This document shows, one piece after another, positions 48,828 to 57,612 of a stretch of DNA of 64,000 nt. The stretch's first letter is position 1. Each line of letters starts with the position of its first letter. The notes below the pieces were generated by a model that worked only from the letters and a program-made list of their open reading frames with translations, did not search any database and was not told the origin of the DNA. The stretch is from a virus. The DNA lies in the IMG/VR virus record IMGVR_UViG_3300022925_000006; one strand, 5' to 3'. A program made the position numbers and the translations under genes.

Positions 48828-50594
48828 ATGGCTCTTTTTACACCCTCTGCTTCTCCTGCTGTAACAGTAAAAGAAATTGACCTGACGGGCGTAGTGCCTA
48901 ACGTTCAAACTTCTACTGGTGCAATTGTAGGAAACTTCGGTTGGGGGCCTGTTGGAGTTGCGACTCTGGTTTCAGATGAATCTGGACTAGTTAGCACTTT
49001 CTCGGCACCGACTGACGAAAACACAGTAGATTTTCACTCTGCTGCGTATTTTTTAAGATATTCTAACTCACTCTATGTTGTGCGTGAGCAGGACAGTGAT
49101 GGCGTTAATGCTGTCGCAAACCACACCTCCCTCGGTTCATTGACTGCACAAGCAATCAATAATCTAGACGCATTCGAAGGTCTGTCGCTTGACAGTTCTG
49201 ATGGTGCATTCATCGCTAAGTACCCAGGCGAACTAGGTAACTCTCTAAAAGTTTCTATTGTAGGAACGGATAGTGCCGCCGGCGCCACAACCAACTTTAA
49301 TAGTTGGGCATATAAAGACCAGTTTGATGCTGCTCCAGGCACTTCAACCTTCGTATCTAACCTCGGTGGTAGTAATGACGAAATCCACGTTGCGGTTATT
49401 GACGAAGATGGTGAATTGACTGGAACCGCTGGAACAGTTCTTGAAACATTCCCGTTCTTGTCCGTTGCTAAAAACGCAAAGGCATCTGACGGTACATCTA
49501 ACTACTATAAAGATGTGTTAAAGACTCGTTCAAATTGGGTATATGCTGGTGGATTCCATACGGGTGACTCAGATAGTCTGAGTGACTTTGTAGGTACAAA
49601 CTGGGGTAATAACGCAACAACAACTGGTGAGAACTTTGCGACTGGACAAAACTTCAGCGCAACTCAAAACACTTGGTCATTTGCTTCTGGTGTTACTTCA
49701 AGTTCAATCGGAACTGACGACATTATGCGTGGTTACGATAACTTCAACGACAAGGATAATATCGAGATTGACTTCTTGATTAGTCCTGAGTCTGTGTCAG
49801 ATGCAACCGCAACAACTGTGGTCAATGATTTGGTAAGTATTGCAACTGCTCGTAAAGACTGTGTGGTTACTGCCTCACCTTCTCGTGCTGCTGTAGTTAC
49901 AACTGGCACGAACGCTGCTGTTCTTGCTTGTAACAACACATACACCAAGTCTTCTTACTTGATACATGACAACAACTATATCAAAATATTTGATAAGTAT
50001 AATGACAAATATATTAAGATTCCTGCTAACTCCTCAACTGCGGGTCTCATGGCTGCAACCGACTTAGTCGCTGCACCGTGGTACTCTCCTGCTGGTGCTA
50101 GACGTGGTAGATATCTTGGTATTACAGATATTATTGTGTCTCCAACTAAAGTAGAAAGAGACGCACTATATAAGGTAGGTATCAACCCTATTGCAAACAT
50201 CCCTGGCGAAGGCGTTATGCTCTTCGGTGACAAGACTAACGAATCAAGACCTTCTGCATTTGACAGAATCAATGTTCGTAGATTGTTCCTCGCTGTGGAA
50301 CGTGCAATTAGTATAGCTGGTAGAAACGTAATGTTTGAATTCAATGACGAGTTTACTCGTGCAGAATTCGTTAACATCGTTGAACCGTTCTTACGTGAGA
50401 TTCAAGGAAGACGTGGTATCACTGACTTCCGTGTAGTCTGTGACGCAACGAACAATACACAAGCTGTGGTTGACCGTAATGAATTCATCGCAAGTATCTT
50501 CATCAAACCTGCACGTTCTATCAACTATGTAACATTGAACTTTGTTGCTGTTAGAACTGGTGTAGACTTTGAAGAAGTTGTTGGCACAGTTTAA
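48828..50594 (+). CDS. gp18: tail sheath protein
   Basis: SP.V.VKEIDLT, F.WGP, PW.SPAG..RG, SAFDRINVRRLF, IKPARSIN. Confidence 0.97.
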   Translation: MALFTPSASPAVTVKEIDLTGVVPNVQTSTGAIVGNFGWGPVGVATLVSDESGLVSTFSAPTDENTVDFHSAAYFLRYSNSLYVVREQDSDGVNAVANHTSLGSLTAQAINNLDAFEGLSLDSSDGAFIAKYPGELGNSLKVSIVGTDSAAGATTNFNSWAYKDQFDAAPGTSTFVSNLGGSNDEIHVAVIDEDGELTGTAGTVLETFPFLSVAKNAKASDGTSNYYKDVLKTRSNWVYAGGFHTGDSDSLSDFVGTNWGNNATTTGENFATGQNFSATQNTWSFASGVTSSSIGTDDIMRGYDNFNDKDNIEIDFLISPESVSDATATTVVNDLVSIATARKDCVVTASPSRAAVVTTGTNAAVLACNNTYTKSSYLIHDNNYIKIFDKYNDKYIKIPANSSTAGLMAATDLVAAPWYSPAGARRGRYLGITDIIVSPTKVERDALYKVGINPIANIPGEGVMLFGDKTNESRPSAFDRINVRRLFLAVERAISIAGRNVMFEFNDEFTRAEFVNIVEPFLREIQGRRGITDFRVVCDATNNTQAVVDRNEFIASIFIKPARSINYVTLNFVAVRTGVDFEEVVGTV

Positions 50595-50606
50595 GGAGTA
50601 GGAAAA

Positions 50607-51134
50607 ATGGCAATATTAGGCGTAGATGATTTTAAATCGAAACTCAGAGGGGGCGGTGCTCGTCCTAATCTGTTTAAAGCGACCGTCAACTTTCCAGGCT
50701 ATGCAGCGGGAGATGTAGAACTTACATCTTTCCTTTGTAAGACTGCTCAGTTGCCAGCGTCCGTAATGAATGTGTTTGAAGTTCCGTTCCGAGGTCGTCA
50801 ATTAAAAATGGCGGGTGACCGAACATTTGAACCTTGGACAGTAACCATTATCAATGATACTGACTTCAGCATCCGTAACGCTATGGAACGTTGGATGAAC
50901 GGTATCAATGCCCACCAAGCTAATACTGGTCTGAGTAATCCTATTGATTACCAATCAGACTTGATTATTGAGCAGTTGGATAGAGATGGTGAAACACTCA
51001 AAACTTATAACTTCCGTGGTTGTTTCCCGACTAATGTCAGTGCAATCGATGTGAGTTATGAGACTGTAGATGCTATCGAAGAGTTTACAGTTGAGTTCCA
51101 AGTTCAATATTGGGAATCTGATACCACTAGTTAA
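50607..51134 (+). CDS. gp19: tail tube protein
   Basis: GGGARPNLF, PFRGR.LK.AGDRTFEPWTVT.IND.DF. Confidence 0.97.
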   Translation: MAILGVDDFKSKLRGGGARPNLFKATVNFPGYAAGDVELTSFLCKTAQLPASVMNVFEVPFRGRQLKMAGDRTFEPWTVTIINDTDFSIRNAMERWMNGINAHQANTGLSNPIDYQSDLIIEQLDRDGETLKTYNFRGCFPTNVSAIDVSYETVDAIEEFTVEFQVQYWESDTTS

Positions 51135-51148
51135 TCTAGTTATAGATA

Positions 51149-51180
51149 GAGGGGTAAGGGGATAATCTCTTACCTCTTTA
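51149..51180 (+). terminator. possible hairpin/terminator between gp19 and gp20
   Basis: GAGGGGTAAGGGGA-TAA-TCTCTTACCTCTT imperfect stem with G-U pairs. Confidence 0.45.
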
Positions 51181-51203
51181 TTATATACATTGAAGGTACA
51201 TAA

Positions 51204-52715
51204 ATGGCAGAACAAGACAATAGTATTCTCAAACTATTTGGTTTTGAAATCAAGAGACAAGACTCTAAATCAGACCAAAAAGAAAAAGAGAAGTTAAAAT
51301 CAATTGTTGCTCCCACCGATGAAGATGGTGCGGGGTATGTTACTGCGTCTGGTAGCCACTACGGTCAATATATTGACATGGAAGGTAGTCAGGCAAAGGA
51401 CAACCAACAACTCATTATGAAATATCGTGGTGTCGCATCACACCCTGAAGTAGATGCAGCTGTTGAAGATATCGTTAACGAATCAATTGTTGGTTCAGAA
51501 ATGGATGTCACATGTGAATTGAATCTGGACAAAGTAGACGCACCAGATAGTATTAAAAAACAAATGACCGAAGAGTTCAACAACGTTTATGGTATGTTGA
51601 AATTCACCGATTTGGGTCATGACATATTCCGTTCATTCTATGTTGATGGTCGTATCTATCACCACCTCGTAGCGAATGAATCAAATCTTAAAGCTGGTAT
51701 CCAAGAAATCAGAACGATTGATGCCGCAAAGATTCGTAAAGTAAAAGAAGTAAAACATAAGAAAGACCCAATAACTGGCGCAAAGGTTGTTGAGAAGGTC
51801 TCCGAATTTTATATCTATCAAGAAAGAGCAGGTGCAAATCAAGGCGTAAGACTTTCTCCTGATAGTGTTTCATATGTGTCTAGTGGTCTCCTTGACCCTA
51901 GTAAGAAACAGGTTGTGTCCTATTTACACAAGGCACTAAAACCAATTAACCAATTACGTATGATGGAAGACAGTCTTGTTATCTATCGTCTCGCACGTGC
52001 CCCCGAACGTAGAATTTTCTACATCGATGTCGGTAACATGCCACGTAATAAATCAGAATCATATATGCGTGACATTATGTCTCGTTATAGAAATAAGATT
52101 GTATATGATTCAAGTACTGGTCAACTTAAAGATGACCGCAAACACATGTCTATGTTGGAGGACTTCTGGTTACCTCGTAGAGAAGGTGGTCGTGGTACAG
52201 AGATTAGTACATTGCCTGGCGGTGAGAACCTTGGTCAGATTGATGACATCCTGTACTTCCAGAAGAGACTGTATCGTTCATTGAACGTACCTGTCAACCG
52301 ATTGGAACAAGAAGCGCAATTTACACTAGGTAGGTCAACAGAGATTTCTAGGGACGAAGTTAAGTTCCAGAAGTTTATTGACCGTCTACGTAGAAGATTC
52401 TCAATGTTGTTTACTGGTATTCTCAAGAAACAACTTATCATGAAAGGTATTATTACCGAACAGGATTGGGAAGAGTGGAAGAATTCTATTACAGTTGACT
52501 TCCAAAGCGACAACCACTTCTCGGAACTAAAGGATGCAGAACTGTTACAAAACAGACTACAAACTCTAGACCAAGTATCACAATATGTTGGTGAGTACTT
52601 CTCACGTGAGTGGGCAATGAAAAACGTCATGATGATGTCTGACGAGGACATCGAAGAAATGAAAAAACAAGTCGAAGCTGAAAACTCAGTAGTAGACGAA
52701 GATGAGGAAATTTAA
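51204..52715 (+). CDS. gp20: portal protein
   Basis: YLHKA.KP.NQLRMMEDSLVIYRLARAPERRIFYIDVGN.P, EDFWLPRREGGRGTEI.TLPGG. Confidence 0.98.
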   Translation: MAEQDNSILKLFGFEIKRQDSKSDQKEKEKLKSIVAPTDEDGAGYVTASGSHYGQYIDMEGSQAKDNQQLIMKYRGVASHPEVDAAVEDIVNESIVGSEMDVTCELNLDKVDAPDSIKKQMTEEFNNVYGMLKFTDLGHDIFRSFYVDGRIYHHLVANESNLKAGIQEIRTIDAAKIRKVKEVKHKKDPITGAKVVEKVSEFYIYQERAGANQGVRLSPDSVSYVSSGLLDPSKKQVVSYLHKALKPINQLRMMEDSLVIYRLARAPERRIFYIDVGNMPRNKSESYMRDIMSRYRNKIVYDSSTGQLKDDRKHMSMLEDFWLPRREGGRGTEISTLPGGENLGQIDDILYFQKRLYRSLNVPVNRLEQEAQFTLGRSTEISRDEVKFQKFIDRLRRRFSMLFTGILKKQLIMKGIITEQDWEEWKNSITVDFQSDNHFSELKDAELLQNRLQTLDQVSQYVGEYFSREWAMKNVMMMSDEDIEEMKKQVEAENSVVDEDEEI

Positions 52716-52716
52716 A

Positions 52717-53010
52717 ATGAGTGAAGTAGAAAATCAAGAAATTGAAACCGTACAACCCCATGCGGTAGAAGAACTAATTAATCAAATCACTTCGGGTGAC
52801 TTGACTAATGCAGAGGGTTCGTTCCATAGTATCGTTCAAGATAAGATGGCAGATGCACTAGAAGCACAACGTATTGCGACTGCACAAGCAATCTTTAACG
52901 ACCAAGACGATGACATCGAAGACGAAGATGACTTCGAAGTGGACGAAGAATCCGAAGAAAATGAAGAAATTATTGCAGAATTAGAGGATGATGACGAAGA
53001 AACTGCATAA
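52717..53010 (+). CDS. acidic prohead core protein (gp67-like)
   Basis: Highly acidic; position after gp20. Confidence 0.65.
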   Translation: MSEVENQEIETVQPHAVEELINQITSGDLTNAEGSFHSIVQDKMADALEAQRIATAQAIFNDQDDDIEDEDDFEVDEESEENEEIIAELEDDDEETA

Positions 53011-53036
53011 ATATGTTGTTTCAAAAACATTATTCT

Positions 53037-53044
53037 TATAAATA
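53037..53044 (+). promoter_or_regulatory. late promoter
   Basis: TATAAATA 5 nt before ATG 53050. Confidence 0.8.
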
Positions 53045-53049
53045 ATACT

Positions 53050-53268
53050 ATGAAAACATACAAAGAACTTTTGTCAGAATTAAAAGAACGCAAGCCAAAA
53101 GGTGAAGTGGTCTTAGACAAGAAAGTTAAACGTATCCCTGTTCTTATCACTAAGGAGAAGGGTACTTTACCTTTTGTGGTACATATTGATGGTGACCGAT
53201 TGGACGCTTTCAAATCACTAAAGGATGCAGAGAAGTCTGCGATGAGAGTAATAAAGGAATTAACCTAA
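53050..53268 (+). CDS. small prohead core protein (gp68 position)
   Basis: Basic 72-aa ORF coupled to gp21. Confidence 0.6.
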   Translation: MKTYKELLSELKERKPKGEVVLDKKVKRIPVLITKEKGTLPFVVHIDGDRLDAFKSLKDAEKSAMRVIKELT

Positions 53269-53930
53269 TGAAGTTAATTACAGAATTTACAGAAAACGAA
53301 ACTCTACAATGTATAGTAGAGAAGAAAGAGAATGGCGAGAAAAGTTACGTCATCGAAGGCGTTTTCGCACAGGCAGACAAAAAGAATAGAAACGGACGTG
53401 TTTACCCCAAGGCCATTATGGAGAATGCGGTAAACAAATACGTAACAGAACAAGTATCTAAGAAACGGGCAGTAGGGGAACTAAACCATCCCGAAGGGCC
53501 GACAGTTAACTTAGACAAAGTTTCACATCTCATCACAGACCTCAGATTTGAGGGAAATGATGTGGTTGGAAAGGCACAAATATTGGAAACTCCAATGGGT
53601 AAGATTGTAAAAGGTCTCCTTGATGGTGGTGTCCAACTAGGAGTGTCAACTCGTGGTATGGGTAGTCTTGAGCAGAGAAACGGCGCAATGGTCGTCAAAG
53701 ACGACTTTATTCTTAGTACGATTGACATCGTACAAGACCCTAGCGCACCTGAAGCTTTCGTTAATGGTATAATGGAAGGTGTAGACTGGGTTTGGAATAA
53801 CGGTGTTTTAACGCCTCAAGTAATTGAAAAAATGGAGACTGAAATTAAACACGCTCCGAAAACTGTCTTATATGAGACAAGTGTTCGAGAGTTCAAGAAT
53901 TTCCTCTCGTTAATTAAATCTAATATGTAA
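53268..53930 (+). CDS. gp21: prohead protease
   Basis: IEGVF.QA..KNRNGRVYP, GEL.HP, GVS.RG.GS, D.V.DPSAP.AFV. Confidence 0.97.
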   Translation: MKLITEFTENETLQCIVEKKENGEKSYVIEGVFAQADKKNRNGRVYPKAIMENAVNKYVTEQVSKKRAVGELNHPEGPTVNLDKVSHLITDLRFEGNDVVGKAQILETPMGKIVKGLLDGGVQLGVSTRGMGSLEQRNGAMVVKDDFILSTIDIVQDPSAPEAFVNGIMEGVDWVWNNGVLTPQVIEKMETEIKHAPKTVLYETSVREFKNFLSLIKSNM

Positions 53931-53940
53931 GGAGTCAATT

Positions 53941-54993
53941 ATGACTGAAGAAAGTAAAGTCGAAGTTGAACTTCACGATGAAGACATTAACGACATTGTG
54001 GAAGAAACTCTCGAAGAAGGAAGCGCTCCTGCTCCTAAAGGGAAACCTGATACAAATGCAACTGACGAAGAAGAGTCAATCGCATCTGTAGATAAAGCAG
54101 CAGACGCAACCAAAGCAAAACAAGCTCCTGCACCGAAAACAAAAGCGGGCATGATTAATGCAATGAGCATGAAGTTACACGCTATGAAAAAAGCAGACCT
54201 TCAAGCCTCATACGGCAAGATGATGGGCGAAGAAGTTGAAGTAGACGATGCAATCGTGGAAACACAGATTGATACCTCTGCTGAACTGGACGCATTAGTC
54301 GAGTCTGAAGCTACTCTCAGTGATGAGTTTAAAGCTAAAACCGCAGTAATTTTCGAAGCAGCTGTAAAATCAAAACTATCAGAAGAAGTTGATAGAATTG
54401 AAGCGCAGTACAAGGAAGAGTTGGCAGAAGAAATTTCTTCTACTAAATCAGAACTTGTAGAGAAAGTAGACAGCTACCTGAACTACGTAGTTGAAACTTG
54501 GATGGAAGAAAATCAAGTTGCAATCCAGAGCGGTCTCCGCACTGAAATTGCCGAGACTTTCATGGACAAAATGAAAGACCTGTTTACAGAGTCTTACATT
54601 GAAGTACCTGAATCCAAGGTTGACCTAGTTGACGAACTGGCTGAGTCAGTAGAAGAACTTGAGACTCGTCTCAACGAAACTACTCAGAAAGTTATTGACA
54701 CTACAGAGGAACTGGAAGTATACAAACGTGAAACGATTATTCGTGAAGCGACACGTGAACTTGCAGAAACTCAAGTTGAAAAATTGAAATCACTCGTTGA
54801 TGGTTTGGATTTTGATGACGAAGAATCTTTCGCATCTAAAGTAAAAACTGTAAAAGAGTCGTATTTCTCAAAAGAAATCACTGATAAGGGTGAAGTAGAA
54901 CAAATCATTGAAGACGCTGATGAAACATCTGAAGTATCTTCTGTGATGGAATCCTATCTAGCAACTATCAGAAAAACAGCATCTAAATCATAA
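53941..54993 (+). CDS. gp22: prohead core scaffold protein
   Basis: LS.EFK.K...IFEAAV, VD.YL.YVVE.WM.EN..A...GLR.EI. Confidence 0.95.
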   Translation: MTEESKVEVELHDEDINDIVEETLEEGSAPAPKGKPDTNATDEEESIASVDKAADATKAKQAPAPKTKAGMINAMSMKLHAMKKADLQASYGKMMGEEVEVDDAIVETQIDTSAELDALVESEATLSDEFKAKTAVIFEAAVKSKLSEEVDRIEAQYKEELAEEISSTKSELVEKVDSYLNYVVETWMEENQVAIQSGLRTEIAETFMDKMKDLFTESYIEVPESKVDLVDELAESVEELETRLNETTQKVIDTTEELEVYKRETIIREATRELAETQVEKLKSLVDGLDFDDEESFASKVKTVKESYFSKEITDKGEVEQIIEDADETSEVSSVMESYLATIRKTASKS

Positions 54994-55005
54994 GGAAAAA
55001 TTAAA

Positions 55006-56319
55006 ATGCAATCTTACGACACATTAATCGAAAAGTGGGCTCCAGTTCTTAACGAAGAGTCTGCTGGCGTGATTGGCGATAATCACCGCCGTGCAGTTAC
55101 CGCTGCAATCTTAGAAAACCAAGAAAGAGCAATGATGGACGACCGTCAGGCTTCTCATGGTTTTATGACCGAAAACGCTGCTGCTGGTGCTAATAACACT
55201 GGTTCAGTAAATAACTTTGACCCAGTACTAATCTCATTAGTACGCCGTGCAATGCCTAACCTCATCGCTTATGATGTGTGTGGTGTTCAACCTATGAATG
55301 GCCCAACTGGTCTCATCTTTGCGATGAAATCACGTTACCAAGGTGGCGCTACTGCAAATCGTGAAGCACTATTCAACGAAGCTGAAACTCAGTTCTCTGG
55401 TGATAGTTCTGGTACTCACGACAGTGACAACGCTTCTGGTTGGAATGGTGTTGACAGTGAAGGCGCTCGTTTGACTGACCTTGCTGCTGGCGGAATGCCA
55501 ACTGCGGACGCTGAAGCACTTGGTCGTGTTGGTGGTTCATCTTTCAACGAAATGGGTTTCACCATTGAAAGACAGACTGTAACTGCTAAGTCACGTGCTC
55601 TTAAAGCTGAGTACACTTTAGAACTTGCACAAGACCTTAAAGCGATTCATGGTCTTGACGCAGAAACAGAATTGGCTAACATCCTCTCTACTGAAATCCT
55701 TGCGGAAATCAACCGAGAAGTTATCCGTACTGTTAACAGCCAAGCGAAAACTGGTGCTCAACAAGCTAACGTTACTGCAAAAGGTATCTTTAACTTGTCT
55801 TCTGACGCTGATGGTCGTTGGTCTGCTGAGAAGTTCAAAGGTCTAACTGTACAGATTGACCGTGAAGCAAACGTAATTGCAAAAGAAACAAGACGTGGAA
55901 AAGGTAACGTAGTTATCTGTTCTTCAGATGTTGCTACTGCACTTGCTGCTGCTGGTTCTTTGGACTACTCACCTGCAATCAGCAACAACCTTCAGGTTGA
56001 TGACACTGGTAATACTTTTGCTGGTGTATTAAACGGACGTATCCGTGTATACATCGACCCTTATGCTAGCACTGATTATATCACTGTTGGTTATAAAGGT
56101 ACTAACCCGTATGACAGTGGTGTATTCTACTGCCCATACGTACCGTTGCAAATGGTTAAAGCAGTTGGTGAAGATGACTTCCAACCACGTATCGGGTTTA
56201 AAACTCGTTACGGTATGGCTTCAAACCCATTCGTTGGTGCTACACCTTCTGACGGTCTTGCTGCTGCAAAGACTAACCAGTACTACAGAATCTTCAAGGT
56301 TACTAATATCTTGACTTAA
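55006..56319 (+). CDS. gp23: major capsid protein
   Basis: LISLVRRAMPNLIAYD.CGVQPM.GPTGLIFA, AKSRALKAEY..ELAQDLKA.HGLDAE, FYCPYVPL. Confidence 0.98.
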   Translation: MQSYDTLIEKWAPVLNEESAGVIGDNHRRAVTAAILENQERAMMDDRQASHGFMTENAAAGANNTGSVNNFDPVLISLVRRAMPNLIAYDVCGVQPMNGPTGLIFAMKSRYQGGATANREALFNEAETQFSGDSSGTHDSDNASGWNGVDSEGARLTDLAAGGMPTADAEALGRVGGSSFNEMGFTIERQTVTAKSRALKAEYTLELAQDLKAIHGLDAETELANILSTEILAEINREVIRTVNSQAKTGAQQANVTAKGIFNLSSDADGRWSAEKFKGLTVQIDREANVIAKETRRGKGNVVICSSDVATALAAAGSLDYSPAISNNLQVDDTGNTFAGVLNGRIRVYIDPYASTDYITVGYKGTNPYDSGVFYCPYVPLQMVKAVGEDDFQPRIGFKTRYGMASNPFVGATPSDGLAAAKTNQYYRIFKVTNILT

Positions 56320-56377
56320 TCTGTAATAAGAAGAGTGATTGGATTGGGAGCGCCCAGTCGTTAAATCACCGTTCTTT

Positions 56378-56407
56378 AAGGGAGACTTTCGGGTCTCCCT
56401 TTTTTTT
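56378..56407 (+). terminator. intrinsic terminator after gp23
   Basis: AAGGGAGACT-TTCG-GGTCTCCCTT followed by a T run. Confidence 0.9.
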
Positions 56408-56412
56408 GGCAT

Positions 56413-56435
56413 AAAAAACCCCACCGAAGTGGGGT
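56413..56435 (-). terminator. intrinsic terminator after the tRNA (minus strand)
   Basis: Minus strand ACCCCAC-TTCG-GTGGGGT-TTTTT. Confidence 0.88.
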
Positions 56436-56445
56436 AAAGGAAAGT

Positions 56446-56520
56446 TGGAGCGGAGAGATAGAATTGCACTACCACTTCTAGGTTGGAAACCTAATGTTCT
56501 ACTCTTTGAACTATCTCCGC
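56446..56520 (-). tRNA. tRNA-Gly (anticodon TCC), non-canonical D and T loops
   Basis: GCGGAGA-TA-GTTC-AAAGAGTA-GAAC-A-TTAGG-TTTCCAA-CCTAG-AAGT-GGTAG-TGCAATT-CTATC-TCTCCGC-T-CCA: complete cloverleaf, U73, encoded CCA. Confidence 0.9.
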
Positions 56521-56531
56521 ATTGTTTGTAT

Positions 56532-56560
56532 ATAGTACCACACTATACAGTTAAAGTCAA
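56532..56560 (-). promoter_or_regulatory. sigma70-type promoter for the tRNA
   Basis: Minus strand TTGACT-17-TACTAT with extended TG. Confidence 0.75.
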
Positions 56561-57531
56561 GCCACTTTTACCAATTCTTTTACATTTTCTGTTTCCCTAT
56601 TTTGCGGTAGGAATCCAAGAACACGTAAAGGAAAAACTTTCAGTCCACAATGTTCCAACGCAGCCTTGTGTTGATTCAGTTGTTCTATGAATTTCTTTCT
56701 TTTTAGTTCAAGTGGCAACTTTGCAGTTGGCGCTTTCACATGTCCAATTAAGTCAGTATACTTCCCTGTTTCCATGTAACGTTGAACAGCTTGCATGATA
56801 ACACGATACTGATAACCTTCACCAATACACACACCGTATGTATCACTATCTTCATTATATTCACCACCAACGACATGTTCAGTCGATGCGTGATTTTCAA
56901 CCCACTCTTGTACTCTTACGGGTGAGGGAAATAATCTGTAAGGTTGTGGGGTTCCAACTTCTTCCATAACCATATTCAGTACACGACCCTTACATGATGC
57001 ATCACGAGTTCTACCGTAAATACGTGTGAACTCTTTACGAATAGCATCTTCGGTGTTAGGGATACGTCCGTCAGATACCTTACGACTAAGGTGATGTCGC
57101 ATATCCACTTCCTTGTTGAGATGTTTGGGATAACCCTCATTCTCTCGTGCTTGTACATCTTCCATCTGTGATGGTGTACCAACAAGTAGTGTGAATATCC
57201 AGTCCTTTTGTCCTAAGGCACGGATTGCGTCACTACGTCCATATCCATAGACTAGGACATAACGTTTCGCATGGCCATCACCACGGTCATATACAGCTGG
57301 GGGGAACTCTGCCGTATCAACACCGTTTGCGAATGACAAACGAAGTTGTTCAAGTTCTTGTGCTGTGTGGGTTTCTACTTTTTGGTTATTACCCCCTTCA
57401 TCATCGATATGAATATTATCGAAAGATATCTTGAGGTTTTTTACTGAAGTTACACCAAGGTCGGTGTAGTTGGGTAACGCAATTGCGTCAGGGTTTGATG
57501 CAGAATAATCTGCGAGTGCTATAATAGCCAT
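56557..57531 (-). CDS. hypothetical protein with ParB/Srx-like N-terminal motif
   Basis: FPPAV....Y.LVYGYGR..A...LG resembles the ParB GxxR motif; GGAG SD. Confidence 0.55.
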   Translation of the reverse strand: MAIIALADYSASNPDAIALPNYTDLGVTSVKNLKISFDNIHIDDEGGNNQKVETHTAQELEQLRLSFANGVDTAEFPPAVYDRGDGHAKRYVLVYGYGRSDAIRALGQKDWIFTLLVGTPSQMEDVQARENEGYPKHLNKEVDMRHHLSRKVSDGRIPNTEDAIRKEFTRIYGRTRDASCKGRVLNMVMEEVGTPQPYRLFPSPVRVQEWVENHASTEHVVGGEYNEDSDTYGVCIGEGYQYRVIMQAVQRYMETGKYTDLIGHVKAPTAKLPLELKRKKFIEQLNQHKAALEHCGLKVFPLRVLGFLPQNRETENVKELVKVA

Positions 57532-57612
57532 AGTTTTCTCCTATTGGATTAAAGTTAAGTGAAGTAGAATGCCAAAGAGGTTTCCTAAAACACAATAATA
57601 TATATAAGACTT

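Noticed and set aside
56445-56690. 81-aa plus-strand ORF
   Set aside because: It is antisense to the tRNA-Gly, its promoter and the end of ORF 56557, so it is a shadow ORF.
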